Origin: Phoronis australis
Lineage: Eukaryota > Animalia > Phoronida
NCBI GenBank assembly: GCA_002633005.1
Contig: NMRA01000057.1
Span: 659,296 to 723,295 of the forward strand
DNA: 64,000 nt
Direction of reading: 5' to 3'
The translations under genes and the position numbers were made by a program. Under the pieces are notes generated by a model, which ran no database searches, was not told the origin of the DNA, and saw nothing but the letters and a program-made list of their open reading frames with translations. This document shows positions 13,301 to 28,300 of this stretch, piece after piece (positions within the stretch are counted from its first letter, which is position 1; every line of letters begins with the position of its first letter).

Positions 13301-16300
13301 TACGCAACACTACCAGTTGGTACGCATAGAGTTTGTGGTTACATGATGTGTGCCTTGTCATGTGTGTTGAATTACTTATAGCCTGTTTCCAATTTCGCAC
13401 AATTTTGCAAACTGGTAGACAGTCATGTAAGAAAGTTTCTGTGTGTTTAGCATTATTCGGACTTTCAAAATTGAACTCCTGTTAGGCCCATATAAAACGT
13501 TGTTTATTCATTGGTATGTGTTGAAGGGTGAGTTAGTTAACTGTTACATGATGTAGGACATTGGTGTGAGTTCTATGATTAAAATTTAATTAAAATTGAA
13601 AAGGGTTAGAATTCAGAAATATATAGATAGCCCAGTTCTAACAGTACATGTAAAACAGACAAGAATCCCCTTTCCACAAATAATTTTTCAAACAAGAATA
13701 TTAATTTCATTAAATGCGCCCAAGTTTGACAGAAGTTATAAAAAATAAACTGTTCAAAGCTAAATCTTGTGTGACAAGATTGAGTTATGTGTTTATGGTT
13801 CGTCAATTCATGTTTGTACTCCATGTTGCTATTTTGTATTCAAGGAACATCCCGACGCGGTAGGTCTGATCTGTCGTGTGTAATAATTCTCTTGGTTGTA
13901 TTTCTAGCTCACCTGCAATATATACAGTCTCTGTCTATCTCTTTTACTCTTATCATTTGCATAATATTTACAATTTATCCTTTTTATTAACAATCATCTG
14001 AAAACGTATCGTTTTTAAAAAAGGTGTTAGTTATTTCATTTTTCTTGTTGCTCTTGTCCTCTCATAATGTTTTTGGAATATGTTGTGAACTACATTTAGT
14101 GTGTCTTCACTTGTTTGAATTATTCTCTTGTCTTACTCTGTCATTTCTAGCTGGATACAGTCTTACTCTGTCATTTATAAGAATAATAATAATGGCACCA
14201 TAGGTTTCATACCATGGTGGAGTTTTCTTTCTAGTTAATCTAACTGTTTTCAGGATTTCAGTGGTCTTTGAGACAAATTGATAAAATCCAAAGTTTGATG
14301 CTGCAATTAACAGAGTCTTCATAATTTGCTATAGGCTTAAATGAAAATTAATAAGCAAAATGCGGTGGTAAGCCAAAAATGTTGATTGTGTCAGAAACAT
14401 GAGGCTTCTTTCAATCTGTTAGAATACATCTCTTAGAACACCATATAAGTTAAGAACCGAGTATTATTTACGCTCTTACACAAGAACAGAGATGCTCCGG
14501 AAGTTAGATACAGATGACTGGAAATATGGCGAGGTCGCAATCTCGCCACAACGTGACACGTGTTGATCGCTATGAATGACTTTTGATCAGGGTTTGACCC
14601 GATCATGCAACAAGAAATCATGCAGGTCATATACAGTGACAAAATTGCGACCTTGCCAGACTACTGGTGCATCTTTATTCCAGTGTAATAGCTTACACAG
14701 TAAGCCTTTCTTAACTGATATGATGCATACTAGAGGTATGTTGTAATAAATCGAAGTAAGCTCCCATGGTCATTGATGGCCGGCAGGTGTTGAGGGTGTG
14801 CTATTTGAATGTTATTTCAGGTTACGAGGACACCTCCAGCGCCAAACTGAGGCGCAAAGAGCAGTACAGGAAGGACCTAGAGGCGCAGATGGCCGAGTTG
14901 GCCAGTACCAAGAGAATGTAAGTTATGTCTTGTTGTTGGCATTTTATAATAGACAACATTTACTATGTCTTTATTATAATGTGTTATTTGCGTTCATTTT
15001 GTCAACTTCGAGGGCTTAGCTGTGTTTTAGTCTGACTTCAATCCCAAATTCAGGTGTTAAGATTTATTTTACTTTAAAGTAAAAATCTGCCGAGATCAAA
15101 ATAATAAAAATAAATGTCAAAGTTTGTAATGAATGAAGTAGCCTCCGAACTAAATACTGATCTGTTCTTGACTCATGAATGTAATCACATATTATAGCGA
15201 AACCCCGACACTGATCCGTTAGTTAATCCATTCTTCCAAAGGTGGCACTGTGTGTGGCTTAAGTCAAAATAACCACCCTTTTGACGCCACCAGTCATTTT
15301 GGCTATGACGTCACAATGTAAGGAACTTCTTTCTTGGGACCAATCCACTGAAATCTTGGTGTTTTTCAAATGCACTATGTGTTGTCCTTCCCGTTATGCA
15401 AGGGCCATTCTGTTCCTTAATGATTTTCTCCCAAAATGGTGCATCTTTAGAGACTATGTCTTGCTTATATGAAACTTTGAAGACAGTAGAATGCTTTTCA
15501 TTTCTCATCCTGTTAAGGTGGCAGTAACCCTGTCTTCGGTCCGCTAAGAAATGAGCTTTTGATTTAAACCAATTACCACTATAGAATTGGTCTCCGCTTG
15601 TCTCTTATTCAGATGAGAAGGGATTTCTGGTCTTGCAAAGAACTCGCATTTCATTACTCCTTGAGATCGTGCTTGGAGTTTAAATTGACGCGCCGTGACG
15701 AGCCAAGTTACAGAGCCTGGTCTCAAGCAGTAACAAACTGTCGGTTTTTTAGAAGCCTGAAACCATCTCCAATTCGAATACAGTAATTCTCCACTTGTTT
15801 TATACAAAAAATAATTGTCAAAGTTGTCATTTTTCTATTTTTCTGCGCCAAATATTGGGAGCTTTACTAACTATTGACATTGAGACAAATTATTTGTTTT
15901 AGAAAAAAAATTGACAATGCATAATTTGTCTTACCGCCATGTTGTTCGCTGAATAAGTGATGAATTACCAAATTTAGTAATAACATTTGAGACCAATTTC
16001 ATAAAGACATGTGGTGTAAGTGGTCTTTATCAAAAGTTATTTGAAAATTTCTGTGATGGAAGGCCCCAGGTTAATGGCCACTTAGTGTTCAGGTGAAATG
16101 ACTTGCTCTAGGCACTATATTTCAATCATTTTTTTAAAAAAAGCACAATTTAGACATCGGTTCCTAAAATTGCAGTTATAATACGAATATGTATTATAAT
16201 CATTTTCTTTTTATTATGCTTGCTTCTGTCTGTGTTAGACTCAGGTAAATGTGTGTGTTTACTAGCCAGTCTGTTCACTGTTCTGTTCTGCTGCATTATA

Positions 16301-19300
16301 AAACTGACGAATTGTGCCGTCTTGCCGGGAATTCAATGCTAAGTGTTCTCTCAAAGTCAAAGACATTTTGATTTCGATCACGTGTCACAGTGGCTAAAAA
16401 ACTGGTGGCAACTTGTTCGTCACTCAGATGAGAAATGGTTTTTGGGTTTGGAAAAACTGTCAGCTCGTTATTGCTTGATGCCGTGCTTGACAAATGAAAT
16501 GACCTGCTGTGACATGTCAATGCTGGTTGAAGCTGAGATTTTTCCAAATTCAGAAATCTTGTAGGTTATGTAGGACCTTATTGATAAGTCTACGTTTAAT
16601 ATTCAAGTATCTGCAAAATTGTAGGTTTTAACTAAGTTTCAGACGTAAAATTACATAATTGTGATAAGAGAAAGTCTGTAGAATTTGAGTTTTGACATTT
16701 TACCAATAATTAGCTCATAACAATATCTTTTGCAGTAAAATTTTATAGCAAAAAAGAATAATGTACATTTGATTTCCTAGCAAAATAACGGTTAATGATA
16801 TCCAATTTTATTTGAAATAAGCATTTAAGGTGATATCTCAGAAAAATTGCTTCAGTTTTCTAAAATTAATATATATCATTTCTTTCTTGTTCATACAACA
16901 TTAGAGTTTTTCATTGAAATCACAAAAACAGTATTTTTTGGTAGACCATCATGCAGAAGTGGAACATTTTCAAAAAGAATTCCTAACAGCAATTTTGAAA
17001 TTCATGTACAAAGCATCTTTTTGGTATCTGAAAGTCTCATGAATCTGATCACCCATTTCAGATATGTGTTGTTTCGAATTTAAGGTCTTACATAACTTTA
17101 TTAATTAAAGTTGCTAACAAGTGGAAGCCAATCATGATAGGTGGTTTAAATTGAAAGTTGACACTTGTACGAAGCTTTCAATGCCTTCAAAAATTGTGTT
17201 ATGAAGTGGAATGCTTGGTCAAATAGTCCATTTTAGTTTCTGTATATTCTGTTCATGCAGCTGAATTCCCTTTTTGTTGAAACAGTTTTATGGATTTGCT
17301 GGTTACGTGGGTTTTAATCCTGGAAGTTATGTGGTGACTGCTTTAAAATGTGCTTGTAGTAACTAAGAGGTGTGGAATCAGGCCCTGGATGTACCCCTTA
17401 ACAGATAGCCCCAACCTTATGCAGTGGGTCATATTCTATAATATCTTTGCTTTGCCAAATATTGCGTAGTGTTGCTGCCTGTAACCAAATGTTTACGGTA
17501 ATTTGTAACTCCTAATTATTGTGAATGGTTATTTGTGTAATCTCCTTGATCCATATCCTGCCTGTTGTCTGTAGAGAACTCATCAAGTATAGAATCCACT
17601 TTCTTTATACAGCAAACGCTTATTGTATGTCAAGGTCAAACCATAAAATTTCATCACAGGTTGTGAGAAAGTCTGATATTGCTGGTACAAACTATCAAGC
17701 GAACTTTTGTCAGTGTCAGTCTTCCCCAATTAGTTAGTGAATACCAACTAAACGCCCTCTTTAACTGGAACTTCCTGGAATACCACAACACCTTCTGTAA
17801 TAATTATTTGTGGTATTTACCCACAATGCTGTGCATCCATGGGGTGCCTGTCCCCCTGTTGTGCACTACTGTCATGCTTAGCTCTCAAGTATTGAGATTA
17901 GTTACCATTTGTTGTTCTAATGCTAATTAGGTTTTACTGTTGCATGTTGTGTTGGAGTGCAGACATCAAAATATTTGAAAATTGCAGTGAGGGGAGATGA
18001 CTCATTCTTCGTTTGTCCAACTTAGCTTGCTTGTGTGTTAGCAGCACTGTCTTTTGAAAACTGGGTCAGTCATACAATGAGTTTTTCTACAAAAGGTACA
18101 CCAACTTGAAACCAGCATTTTTGAAGCTGCAAATTACCTAACAGTCATAGTATAATGACAGTTAAAACTTTGTAAACAACTGTAGAGCAACTCAAAGCAT
18201 AGCTGGTGTTATTCTTAAGCAATTTTGCATCATTCTTTGGTGCCCTCTCTTGTCAGGGAAAAGATCCGTGACCTCAGTGATGGTAGAGGTAGCACCCAGA
18301 CAGCTCAAGCTCCCCCTGCTGCGTCCCGCAGTGCCCCGACACCTGGGACAGGTGCACCTCCCCCTGTTGATCCATCAAGAAGTTACTACAATCCAGCCTA
18401 CCCACCAACAGCAGCTACTGCAGCAGTGCATGATGGGTAAGAATGGTGAACTGCCTGAAATAATTTGTGTTATTGCAGTTTATGTAAATGTTATGTCTTG
18501 TCTTGGCAACAATCTCCCCTGAAGAATATAATACGAATGTCTCTAAATGCAACGTGATTGTGATTGAATGTTCTTATGGTGTTAACGAATGGTTTATAAA
18601 CAGTCTGCAGAAGAAAATACCAGTCTGTTTTCAAGATTTTGCAGTACTTGAAATTAATGCCTGCTTTATGAAAAGCTTAATTTCATTCCAAAGCAGTTAA
18701 TCAATCTTGGTACGGTGCTAGTATTGTCCATATTTAACATTTTACTTTCTAACTAAAGCATTTCATCAGTGCTTATCTATTGTGAAATCACAGACAGTTC
18801 CACCTAATTGATAATGTAGCTACCACTCGGTAGTCTTGAAAATGGAATAATTACAAGAATAACTATAATTTGATTGTCAAAAGGTTAAACTGGTAATGGT
18901 TGTAATGTGCTACTAACTATGCATGCCTCATCACATTCAATTGATTCTTCAGGCCTCGTGGTATTCTAAACCGTGGATTTGATTTCCCGTATGGCCGACA
19001 GCCTCCCGGTGCCCCACAATCTCAGGCTAACCTTCTTCCAAACTCGTGAGTAGAGGAGTTTCTTTATAGCACCACAAATCTGCCTTCCATCAGAAACCAT
19101 CAGAAAAACCAATGTTGTATGTAGACCACTTATCGTTATGAAACTGATCTCAAAATCAATATTCAATTTTTTCCCTGGTCAAATTGCAGACAATTTCAGG
19201 GCTTTTAGAGAACTGTCAGTTTATTATTGCTTAAGACCAGGCTCTACTTGCTGGTATCATTTTATGCCCCAAGCATGGTCTCTAGGGATAGAAAACTACC

Positions 19301-22300
19301 AAGTTCTTTAGAAATTCAGAAATCTGTTCGTTCTTATCCTAGAAAGGGTCAAGATGAGACCAGTTTTTATCTGGAATGGGTCAAAATCAATGAACGTGGT
19401 TTTGTGGCCTTTGTAACTGTAGCTTTTGTTGTTGTACTAAGTTTCTATCTTGGTTTGATTATAAGTATCCCATATTGAACTATACAGTGTATACTGAGCA
19501 CTAGGAGTGAAGTTTGTGCCGGGTCTTGAATGTTTGGGTAAGATTAAATACGTGATAGGAACTTGATTTAGAGAGTAAAACAGTGTAAGAAGTTACTCAG
19601 TGACGTGTCATTATAGAGTAATTTAAAAATAAAGTTGATGAGATTTCTTCTTCAAAATCCAAAATAAAAATTACTGGGGAATTTTCAAATGATTTTTTTT
19701 ATTTTCCGTTTGGTTTTGTTTTGAATTTTCACTGTCTGTTACTTTAATGAGGTTCTGCAAAATTTTACAGAATTAGTCAGCTTTTTATGAAAACTGAACT
19801 GTATAATGGGCTGGATTATCACGGTATTCACAACTTATATCATTTATCGTCAATGTTGTTGTTATTATCCATAGGTTGTTATGACATTGAAAAATCTTTC
19901 AGACACAACGTGTCTTTAATCTCAGTTTGAGTTCAGGTTTTTATGAACTATATTTAGTACCAGTAAATTTAATGAAAAGCATTAAATTTATTTCTTTAAA
20001 TTTTTTATTCAATTTAAATTATTTTTCAATCAATCATAGGTAACTATTAACTGGTGATCTCATGATTCTGAAATCTGCCATAGTAATTCACTTTATATTA
20101 ATAAAAAATGTTGCCATGTTTAGGTTGGTGAATGGAGCGCCCCCTTCAGGTATTCCTCCTTTGGATCTCTACAGGAATCCCCTGGATGAGGCCTACTACT
20201 ACTATGCCACACGCAACCCGCTGGAGCCCGAGTTAGCAGGAGGTATGTGATGGCTGAATTTTTAATATGATATTCAGTTGTTAAGTAAACTGTAATTTCT
20301 AAATTCACTTAAATTTCAGTTTTTAGCCACAGCAGTGGTCAGTGAACTAATGGCCTCAAGGTGGCGCTGTTGCAGACTCTGCGCAATTCACTCTTGATGT
20401 TTGCTGGTCTAAATGTGTCGTTAGAGGTTGAAACAATTGTGCTGTGACTGGATTTGGATTAGGTAGAGTGATTCCTGAATTTATTTGTTGGCTGTTTGTA
20501 AGCAGAGCAGTGTATAATTCATGACAGTCTAGTATTTATTATAACGCGTTTCCTTAGTTCATGCAGTCCACATGGCTGGAGGTTATGTTGAAGGTAACTG
20601 TGTGTGTGTGTGTGCGTGCGTGCGTGCATACGGGAGGCTGAAAGATGCTGCAGCTCCTAATTATTTGTTTTAAAGCTTGTTTTTCACCTGTGAAACACAA
20701 TGTACACCAGGTCCCATTGTTATTAGACGCCATGTATCTAGCCAGGGCTGCGTTCTGCAGATGCGGGAATCTCAGAAATTCACGCAAGCTTGCGAGATAT
20801 TGCCATGCTTTACAAATGAAGCCTGTGTTCACATGTACTCTAGTTTTTCTCGTGAATGTTTTGTGTCTACGAAATGCAGCCCAGACTTATCACTCAATCA
20901 TGGAGGGGACGGGGAGGTTTGTGGCTCCTGTCAATATGTCGGCATGCACCTGCGGCTGTTCTTTGTAGCAAACAATACACCATTATGCGCCTTGAAGTTT
21001 TATTCAGCTAACAATAAGCAGTTAACCTGAGACGTGATATTTCTGAAAAGAACATTATGTCCCTACTGTTGTACACTCAAACTGTAGGCACCATAATGAG
21101 TGGTTGCTCTGTTCATAGGTCAAACCATTCCATCCAACTATGGTGCCCCTTCTGCTGTTAGACAAGATGTGGACGCGTCGCGCAGTAGAAGCAAAAGTAG
21201 GGTGAACTTTGATGACAGGTGAGTTTCGGGGATTGAATGTCTTTCTGATTGTATCTGAACAACCTTGCTCTTTAATATGAACACCAGGGGGCAGTGCTGA
21301 TAGTCACCAGGGTCCTGTTTCATGAAAAGTGACTTCTGTTAGAACTTAGGTCTTACACTCCACACAGTTATTACAGAAAATATTTAAACCTCCCTTGGAC
21401 ATAAGTCCAGAGTCTGGGAGAATACTTACATGTTCTAGTTAGAGAAAATTTCTGTATTTTCTAGCTTGTGATGTGTCGTACTTACTGGACTTAACCTTTT
21501 TCCAGTACTTGGGAACTGAACGTTTGAGACCAAATATCTGTCTTAAGTCTTATTTTAAGTCATTTCCATGAGACAGACCCCAGTTTCTGTATGATGATTG
21601 AATTCTTAATACTTGTTAATCCTGACCTTATTTGGGAAGGGTATGCCCAATCTATTTTTAATTTAACTCATTTTTTCGTCTTTGCTGTTGAGCATGAATG
21701 ATGATTATGAACACAATTTTAATTTCACAAAATAATTTTCAACTTCTGATCAATTTTTTTTATCCGCATTCTCTACTTTATCTTTAACCATGTCCGTGTC
21801 ATTATCAAGCATAAAACCGTGCACCTTGGTTTTGTTCGCAGTGCTAAACTGGTGAACATCTTCAATTGACACCAGTCTGTGCTTAATGTTCGTATCTCCC
21901 GACATTCACAGTCTCTCAACTTTACTTGCAGTCCACGGAGGGCACCTACTCGCAACCTGAACGAGTTTCCTTCAGAGGCGCAGCAGAGAAGTAGGTCAAG
22001 GTCGGAGAAGGAGCTATACCAGGCAGAACTGCAGAGACAGGTGTGTTGAATGTTACAAGAAGTGTGAGGCAGACGTATGCATTTTTATTGTGTATTGATT
22101 AGAATTGTAGCAAATTAGGTGGAACTTCCCACTGTGCTCGGAAAAAGACCTGGTCATTAGTAGCATTCCAAGCTGAACCAAATTAACTTCTCATGTTCCT
22201 GTATTGTGATTAGTTGTGGTTTTGATTAAAAATACACAAAGTTCCCCCCTCATTGACTGCATGACATTCTGATGAAGAGTGCAATGGTTTTTTCATAAAT

Positions 22301-25300
22301 GCAATGCTGTCTCAGCATTTCTTTCATCATGCAATGCTGCAGCAGTTCTTGTCTTACAAACGCACAATTCCTTTTTCTCATGAACATCCATTGCATCCAG
22401 TTGCAGTGCACGCTTTGGTTCAGTTTTGAGAATGTTGTTTTTTGTGTTATGTTTTCACAAGCCTACTGCTAATAAAATGAAAAGATCTGCCTGATGACGT
22501 TGTGATACATGAGAAAAGAAATCGATACAGTTTATAAGAAACAAACTAAGTTAAATCAAAGTGACGCAATAGCCTTATGCTCCCCTTCATAATTTTAAAA
22601 AATGTCTGGCAAAATAATCACAGTCTAGAAATATATTTTAGAAAGTATCTCATAAACAAGCAAACTTAGTATAATATTAATTTCTTAGAGAGACTTTGCA
22701 TTTTTGCTCATGTGAGATTTATTTTTCAAAATAGTTTTGTCGAGCGAGATCAATTTGAAGTCTTAGTCCAGTTTTCAGGAAACAGACCCTTGGTCATTAT
22801 TTTCATTGTATGATCTGTTGTCATTGCTATGTTGAAGATTGAAGAGCGTAAGAAAGCAAAGATGATTGAGAAACAGAAACAGGAGGAATATGACAGAAAG
22901 AAAGAGGACGAGATCGCCAACTACAACCCGTATGGTCGGGGAGGGGGCGGGGCACCTATCAAGGACAGAGGGGGCAATATCAAAGGTATGGGACCTCTGG
23001 GTTTCTACTGTATTTACCCAAAACACCAGAAATTTCACTGCGGCAATGCTGGTCACGTTTTACATGACGGTTTCTACGTTGTTCATTATGGCGTGTTGCA
23101 CAAGGTGGTATGATGCTAGAACTAAGAAAATTGGCGACTGAAGGTGAACTAATTACTCATAGGTGTGGTGTATATCGTTTGGGTCTTTTCTCGATTCACC
23201 TCACACACTTGTTGGTGTCTAACATGTTGTAAGGCAGTGCTTTAATTTAAACTGTCCCCTCAATAAATTTCAAATTTTACACCACTGTCTTGTTATAACA
23301 CAAAAAGAGACCTATAATAAATGCAGCTGATATTCATTTGCAGTTGTAGAGAATAATAACATCTTAAAATAATAAAGTTGACTTTCATTAAGGTTGACAA
23401 GAAAAAAATTAAGATTGACAAGTACGTAAATGCGACTATTCGACATGAAAAGCAAAAATTAGACGGATTTGTAAATAAATGACCCCCTCTTCATTTTTAG
23501 CTGACCTTCGTACGCTACGTCGGGAGAACGAAGACCCGGAAACTCCTCGCAAGAGACTGGAGGAGAGTAGACAACAGCCCTACCTCTCGCCCCGTGGCTA
23601 CGACACACCGGCGCCACCTACGGTGAAGGAGGAAGAAGGCTTTGCCAGGAAAGGCAATGGGTTCTTTGGGGAACCTCAGGTAGACGGTGTTTTGTTGTGT
23701 ATGTCAGATTTGGATTACCTTAAGATTGTTTTCAATTGGCAGTAATTGAAGACTAAGTTTTGTATGTGTCGGTAATCTTAGAAAAATTTGTACTTGGAAT
23801 ACCTGTAAGCATTTGTAGCAGAAACGTTATGCTGGAATGGATTTATTGAAAAGTGATTTAGGCAGACACAGTAGTAAACTTGAGCTTTTGGAAATGTGCC
23901 TTTTGGAATATTTTGTTTCAGTTGTTAGCTGGTTATAATTCACAGTCAGATCTGTCTTTTGAACAGGCTCATAACAAATATTTAGAACACTTGGAATTCA
24001 AGAACTTGCATTTTGCATTTTTATTATGAGTAAATGTGGTGCAGCAATGATTTTTACTCACTTTGCAGAATCTTGTTCACTTGCTTAATATGTAATAGTA
24101 GTGTTTATTGACAACTATTGTCAGTCACTGAGAATGACATGTGGGAAATTTCTTCTCACTATTGTTAATGCGTACCGTCCACTTAATACTTTGCAGTCAA
24201 CTGAGGAAAAAAGTGCTTCAGAAAAATACAAAGAGGAACTACAGAAACAGGTAATGCGATTTTTTGTGGTGTCGTAATTTCTGTTTTTACTATTTGTTCA
24301 GACTTCATGTGAAAGTCTAATCTGACTGATAGAATTTGGACTGTGACTGAAGTGTTACATACAGCTGATTTGAAAAATAGTACTATGGTGATTGATTTTA
24401 CACAGACATAATAACCAAAATTGTAATTTTTCTAATTTTCAGACGCTAAATTTACTGCAAATAACTGAAAATTTGTCACAAGTTGTTTTATGACCACTAC
24501 TCAGTACAGACCTTGCTAGCATAGTAGTCATAGACTAAAATTAATCTTAAATTTTGTGGAGAAAATTTGACTAATTACTATAAGTAGTGTTTCACTTGTT
24601 GGCTATAGTGTGTGCTAAATGTTATGTTAGTTTGTTTTTATTCTTGAATTTCACAGTGAAGCTATCAGGTAGCCACTATTATATTCAAAATTCGACAATT
24701 TTGAAATTTGACAAACTTGTGACTCACAAATTGTACGAGTCTTAATACCCAGTACATTTATTTGACAAAAGCCCAGTTCAATTCTGGTAAATTTTGACAA
24801 AATCTCGACAGGTTCATGCACTTTGTCGAAATGGCCATAGGTTAATTAATTAGTAAATCTATCCACAATTTAAAACAATGAGTGGTTGGCCACAATAATG
24901 TCACATTAAATGTCACCTTAAACTGTAGAATTATTTTTTGACGTAAGGTCAACTACACTACGTCTACTAAATGATTTTGGCAAGAAATGTGTCCCAAGTT
25001 TGGCAAAGTCTGATTGAAAATTTCTGTCGAAGTCTATCTAGTTTATTATGTAATGCTAATTGTGTTTTCCAATCATGGAATGAGGCTGAATGAACAGGGC
25101 TGAATGCAATCAAAATTATATCATCTGGTGTTTGTTTGTTCAGATTGAGGAGAAAAAGCGCAAGAAAGCTGAGGAAGACGCTAAGGTCAAAGCTGAAGAG
25201 GAAAAGGAGTTGAAGCGTATTGAGGAGGAACAGAGACGCATGAAGGAGGAGTATGAGGCTGAGCAGAAGAGACAAAGGGAAAAGGAAGAGGAGGTAGGGG

Positions 25301-28300
25301 GCGCTAGGCGCTAGAGGCATCTTGGGAGTAGGGGATAATAGAGGTGGCTTGAGAGTAGGGGATGCTAGAGGTGGCTTGAGAGTAGAAGGCATTTAATTTA
25401 TTTAATTGGCTTATTTGTGGAAGGCTTTACGTTTGTGGCTGGTTAGTTGTGGTGGCACGAATTGTGACTTGTAGGGGACTGTAAATGTAAGGTGGATTTT
25501 ATTTTATACACTATTGTATAAGTTGTGTCTTCCTTGTGAGGTATTCCTCTTATCAAAGAGAGCACAGATGGCATGGATTGAATGAATTCAACTGCTGCCC
25601 TCTAGGGGCAATAGGGGTAATTATGCATCTGATTTATATTAAAATCCATCGCGTCACTAATTAAAAATAGTCTGCAGTTACACTACGAAATTAGTAAAGT
25701 CATTGAATTTTAAGGACATTTTTAACATCCCATAATAATCATTGATTTCAAGTGATTTGTGAATGCAGTCATTAGAACCAGTCCTAATTATGACATCGAA
25801 AAATCATGTTGCTTATTAATTTATTGATCGTCATTCATCCTGGGTAAGTCTTGGATGGAAATGTTCTTAAAAGTCATGGATAAATCTTAAAGTCTAATCA
25901 CATTGGTGACCGTTTTCATGAATTTACTAATATTGTCGGTTAAGATACACTAGCCATTTTTATAACCCACTACATCAATAGTGTATGTCAACAGCAAGCT
26001 TTTGCCTTCCTTTCCATACATGTAACTGAGTGTGAAAATAGCGTTAATTGCCATAAGTCCCCTGGAATTTTTGTTATAATTGTAGTTCTGTGCAAGCCAT
26101 GTGTACATTTCCGAACACTGAAGCTTGAGTGTAATTGGGGAAAAATGGTTGAGTTTGTAGGGATTGAAGTAAACCTTTCATCAACTAATGATTTAGTTTC
26201 TGGGTTTTGTTGCTTGTTTATTAATGTGAAATTATTTAGAAACAAATTTGTCAAATGAACTCAAATGTTGCTTTTAATTTTATTTGGTAATAGGAAAGAA
26301 ATTATTGATCTGCAAACTCACAGTTGACTTAGAGGGATATTTCTTTCCTCACTGCCTGAACCCCAAACTACAAACCAGATTACCACAACAAACAAAGCAA
26401 TCTGTGTGCAGTAATGTGATGGACAGTGATTCTCATTGACAAGTCATAATGAGTGTCAAAATTCTGTGGAATTTTGGAGCTTGACCAACCCTTCCTTGAT
26501 TCTCAAATCAAATGTTATGTGTAATGGGCAGGCCTTTATGCAGCGTATGTCCTGGGCGTCTAAATGGACGCCCTAGCACTAATATGGATGGCCTGGCAAG
26601 GACACCCAATGTATCATTTGGACACCCACTATCAATAGGAACCTTTTAAGTTTGGACACACACATTGTAATGATTACTAGGAAGCCTCTGAAAACTCACA
26701 GTGGTGGCTCTTTTTTCAAAGCAGGAAGAAATATACAAGTATATACAAAGTATTAATGTTGATAGCATTGTAAAAACCTTGGTCTACGCAATTTTTGGTA
26801 AAAAAATCTGTGTGTTTGGGCGGATTTCTGGGGGTGGGGGGTTACGCGTCGGAATCATGGATGCCCTGGAATATTGGGAACCCCATTTTGGACACCCTAT
26901 TTTCAAAATCCTGGATAAAGGCCTGGTAATGGGCGTGACCTTTGTGGCATGAACTCGTCTGGTACAGGCATTGGACCACCGACAATCTATTTTCTTTCCT
27001 TTTAAACTCTCCCAAGATTGGAGTGCTATCAATAGGCGGTGATCTCTCACTTCATTTTGGTTGTGCTAAACTATATTAAATGTTTTCATGGTTATGAGGT
27101 AGGAAAGGCCCTTTTTGTCATAGACAAGAGTGTAACTTCTGCATTTAAGGGTACTTGGTTATTTTCTATGCTAAACAACATACGTGTGTTTTTTCATTAC
27201 CAGTACCATCTTTAAAACCTTTAGTATGATGGATTTTATGTTAGTATACATTTTGAGGCTGCTATAAAACTGTGGTATTTTGAAAAACATTGCCAGAGAC
27301 TTCATTTTGAATTCATTTCACAGATTTTTTGATGCACTTTGTTAAATATTTAGTGGTACGGATGATTCCTTTGCCATTTTTGACATGTAGTAACTTGGAC
27401 GTCAAGAAGTTTGATCTTTGTTGATGTCAATTACAATTATTTTTTATTCATTTTAGAATGAAATTTGTGAGCTTGTGTTAAGAACCTTGCTTTAAGCTTT
27501 TTAATGACCGGTCTTCTTTCTTTTAAGCTTTTCAATAACCACTCTTCTTAGATTTCACAGATGAAGCTCCTCTTTTCAGTGCAGGTCAGGTCGTTCCACT
27601 TGAATCTGTCTCCCCACATTTCCAAGCAGTCGTCATTTTGGTACCAGTTGTCTGGTTGTCCTAAAATGTTCAAAATATGGTGTTTGAGAAATGGTGATTT
27701 ATGTCAAATTTCAAGGATTGTTGTTCTTGCTTATTTGCCCCCCAAGGATCAAATTGTGCATAGTAAGGAAATAGATGCGGTAAACTGAATGAATTTTGTT
27801 GACCATGAGAATTCTCGTTCAGACTACTATTCGGTACAACTACGGCATTTCTTCACTCATTTTGCACAAACGTAACTGCCAAAATTGTTATTTTTCTATT
27901 GTTCAAAAATTGGTGCAAACTTTGGCAAATGCTGTTTTGAGACAACTGCACACTACCAAGAATTTAAAACGACCTTTCAAAATTTTGATTGAAACCACAA
28001 CCGAGCTTATATTCGGAAACTGTATGAAATAAACCCTTCTTTTTGAATTAAATGTTGTTGAATTTCACTAGTAAGAATTTTATTTGTCTATACATGTTTC
28101 ACATTCAGCAAACACATAAGGTGTTGTTGTGCTGATATGATACGTTGTCAACTAAGTCACTCAATAACTCATTATTTGATGATTCTCATTTGAGTGAAAT
28201 CACGATTCCAAAAATATTATATCTTGCTAAAATAAACAAAACTTTAGATCAAAACACATTACATACATACTTTAAAACAACCCTTTTGGAACATTTTCCA

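Noticed and set aside
24967-25392. 141-aa Leu/Pro-rich - strand ORF (also 30981-31322)
   Set aside because: Antisense of Glu/Lys-rich coiled-coil exons plus adjacent minisatellite or G-rich tract.
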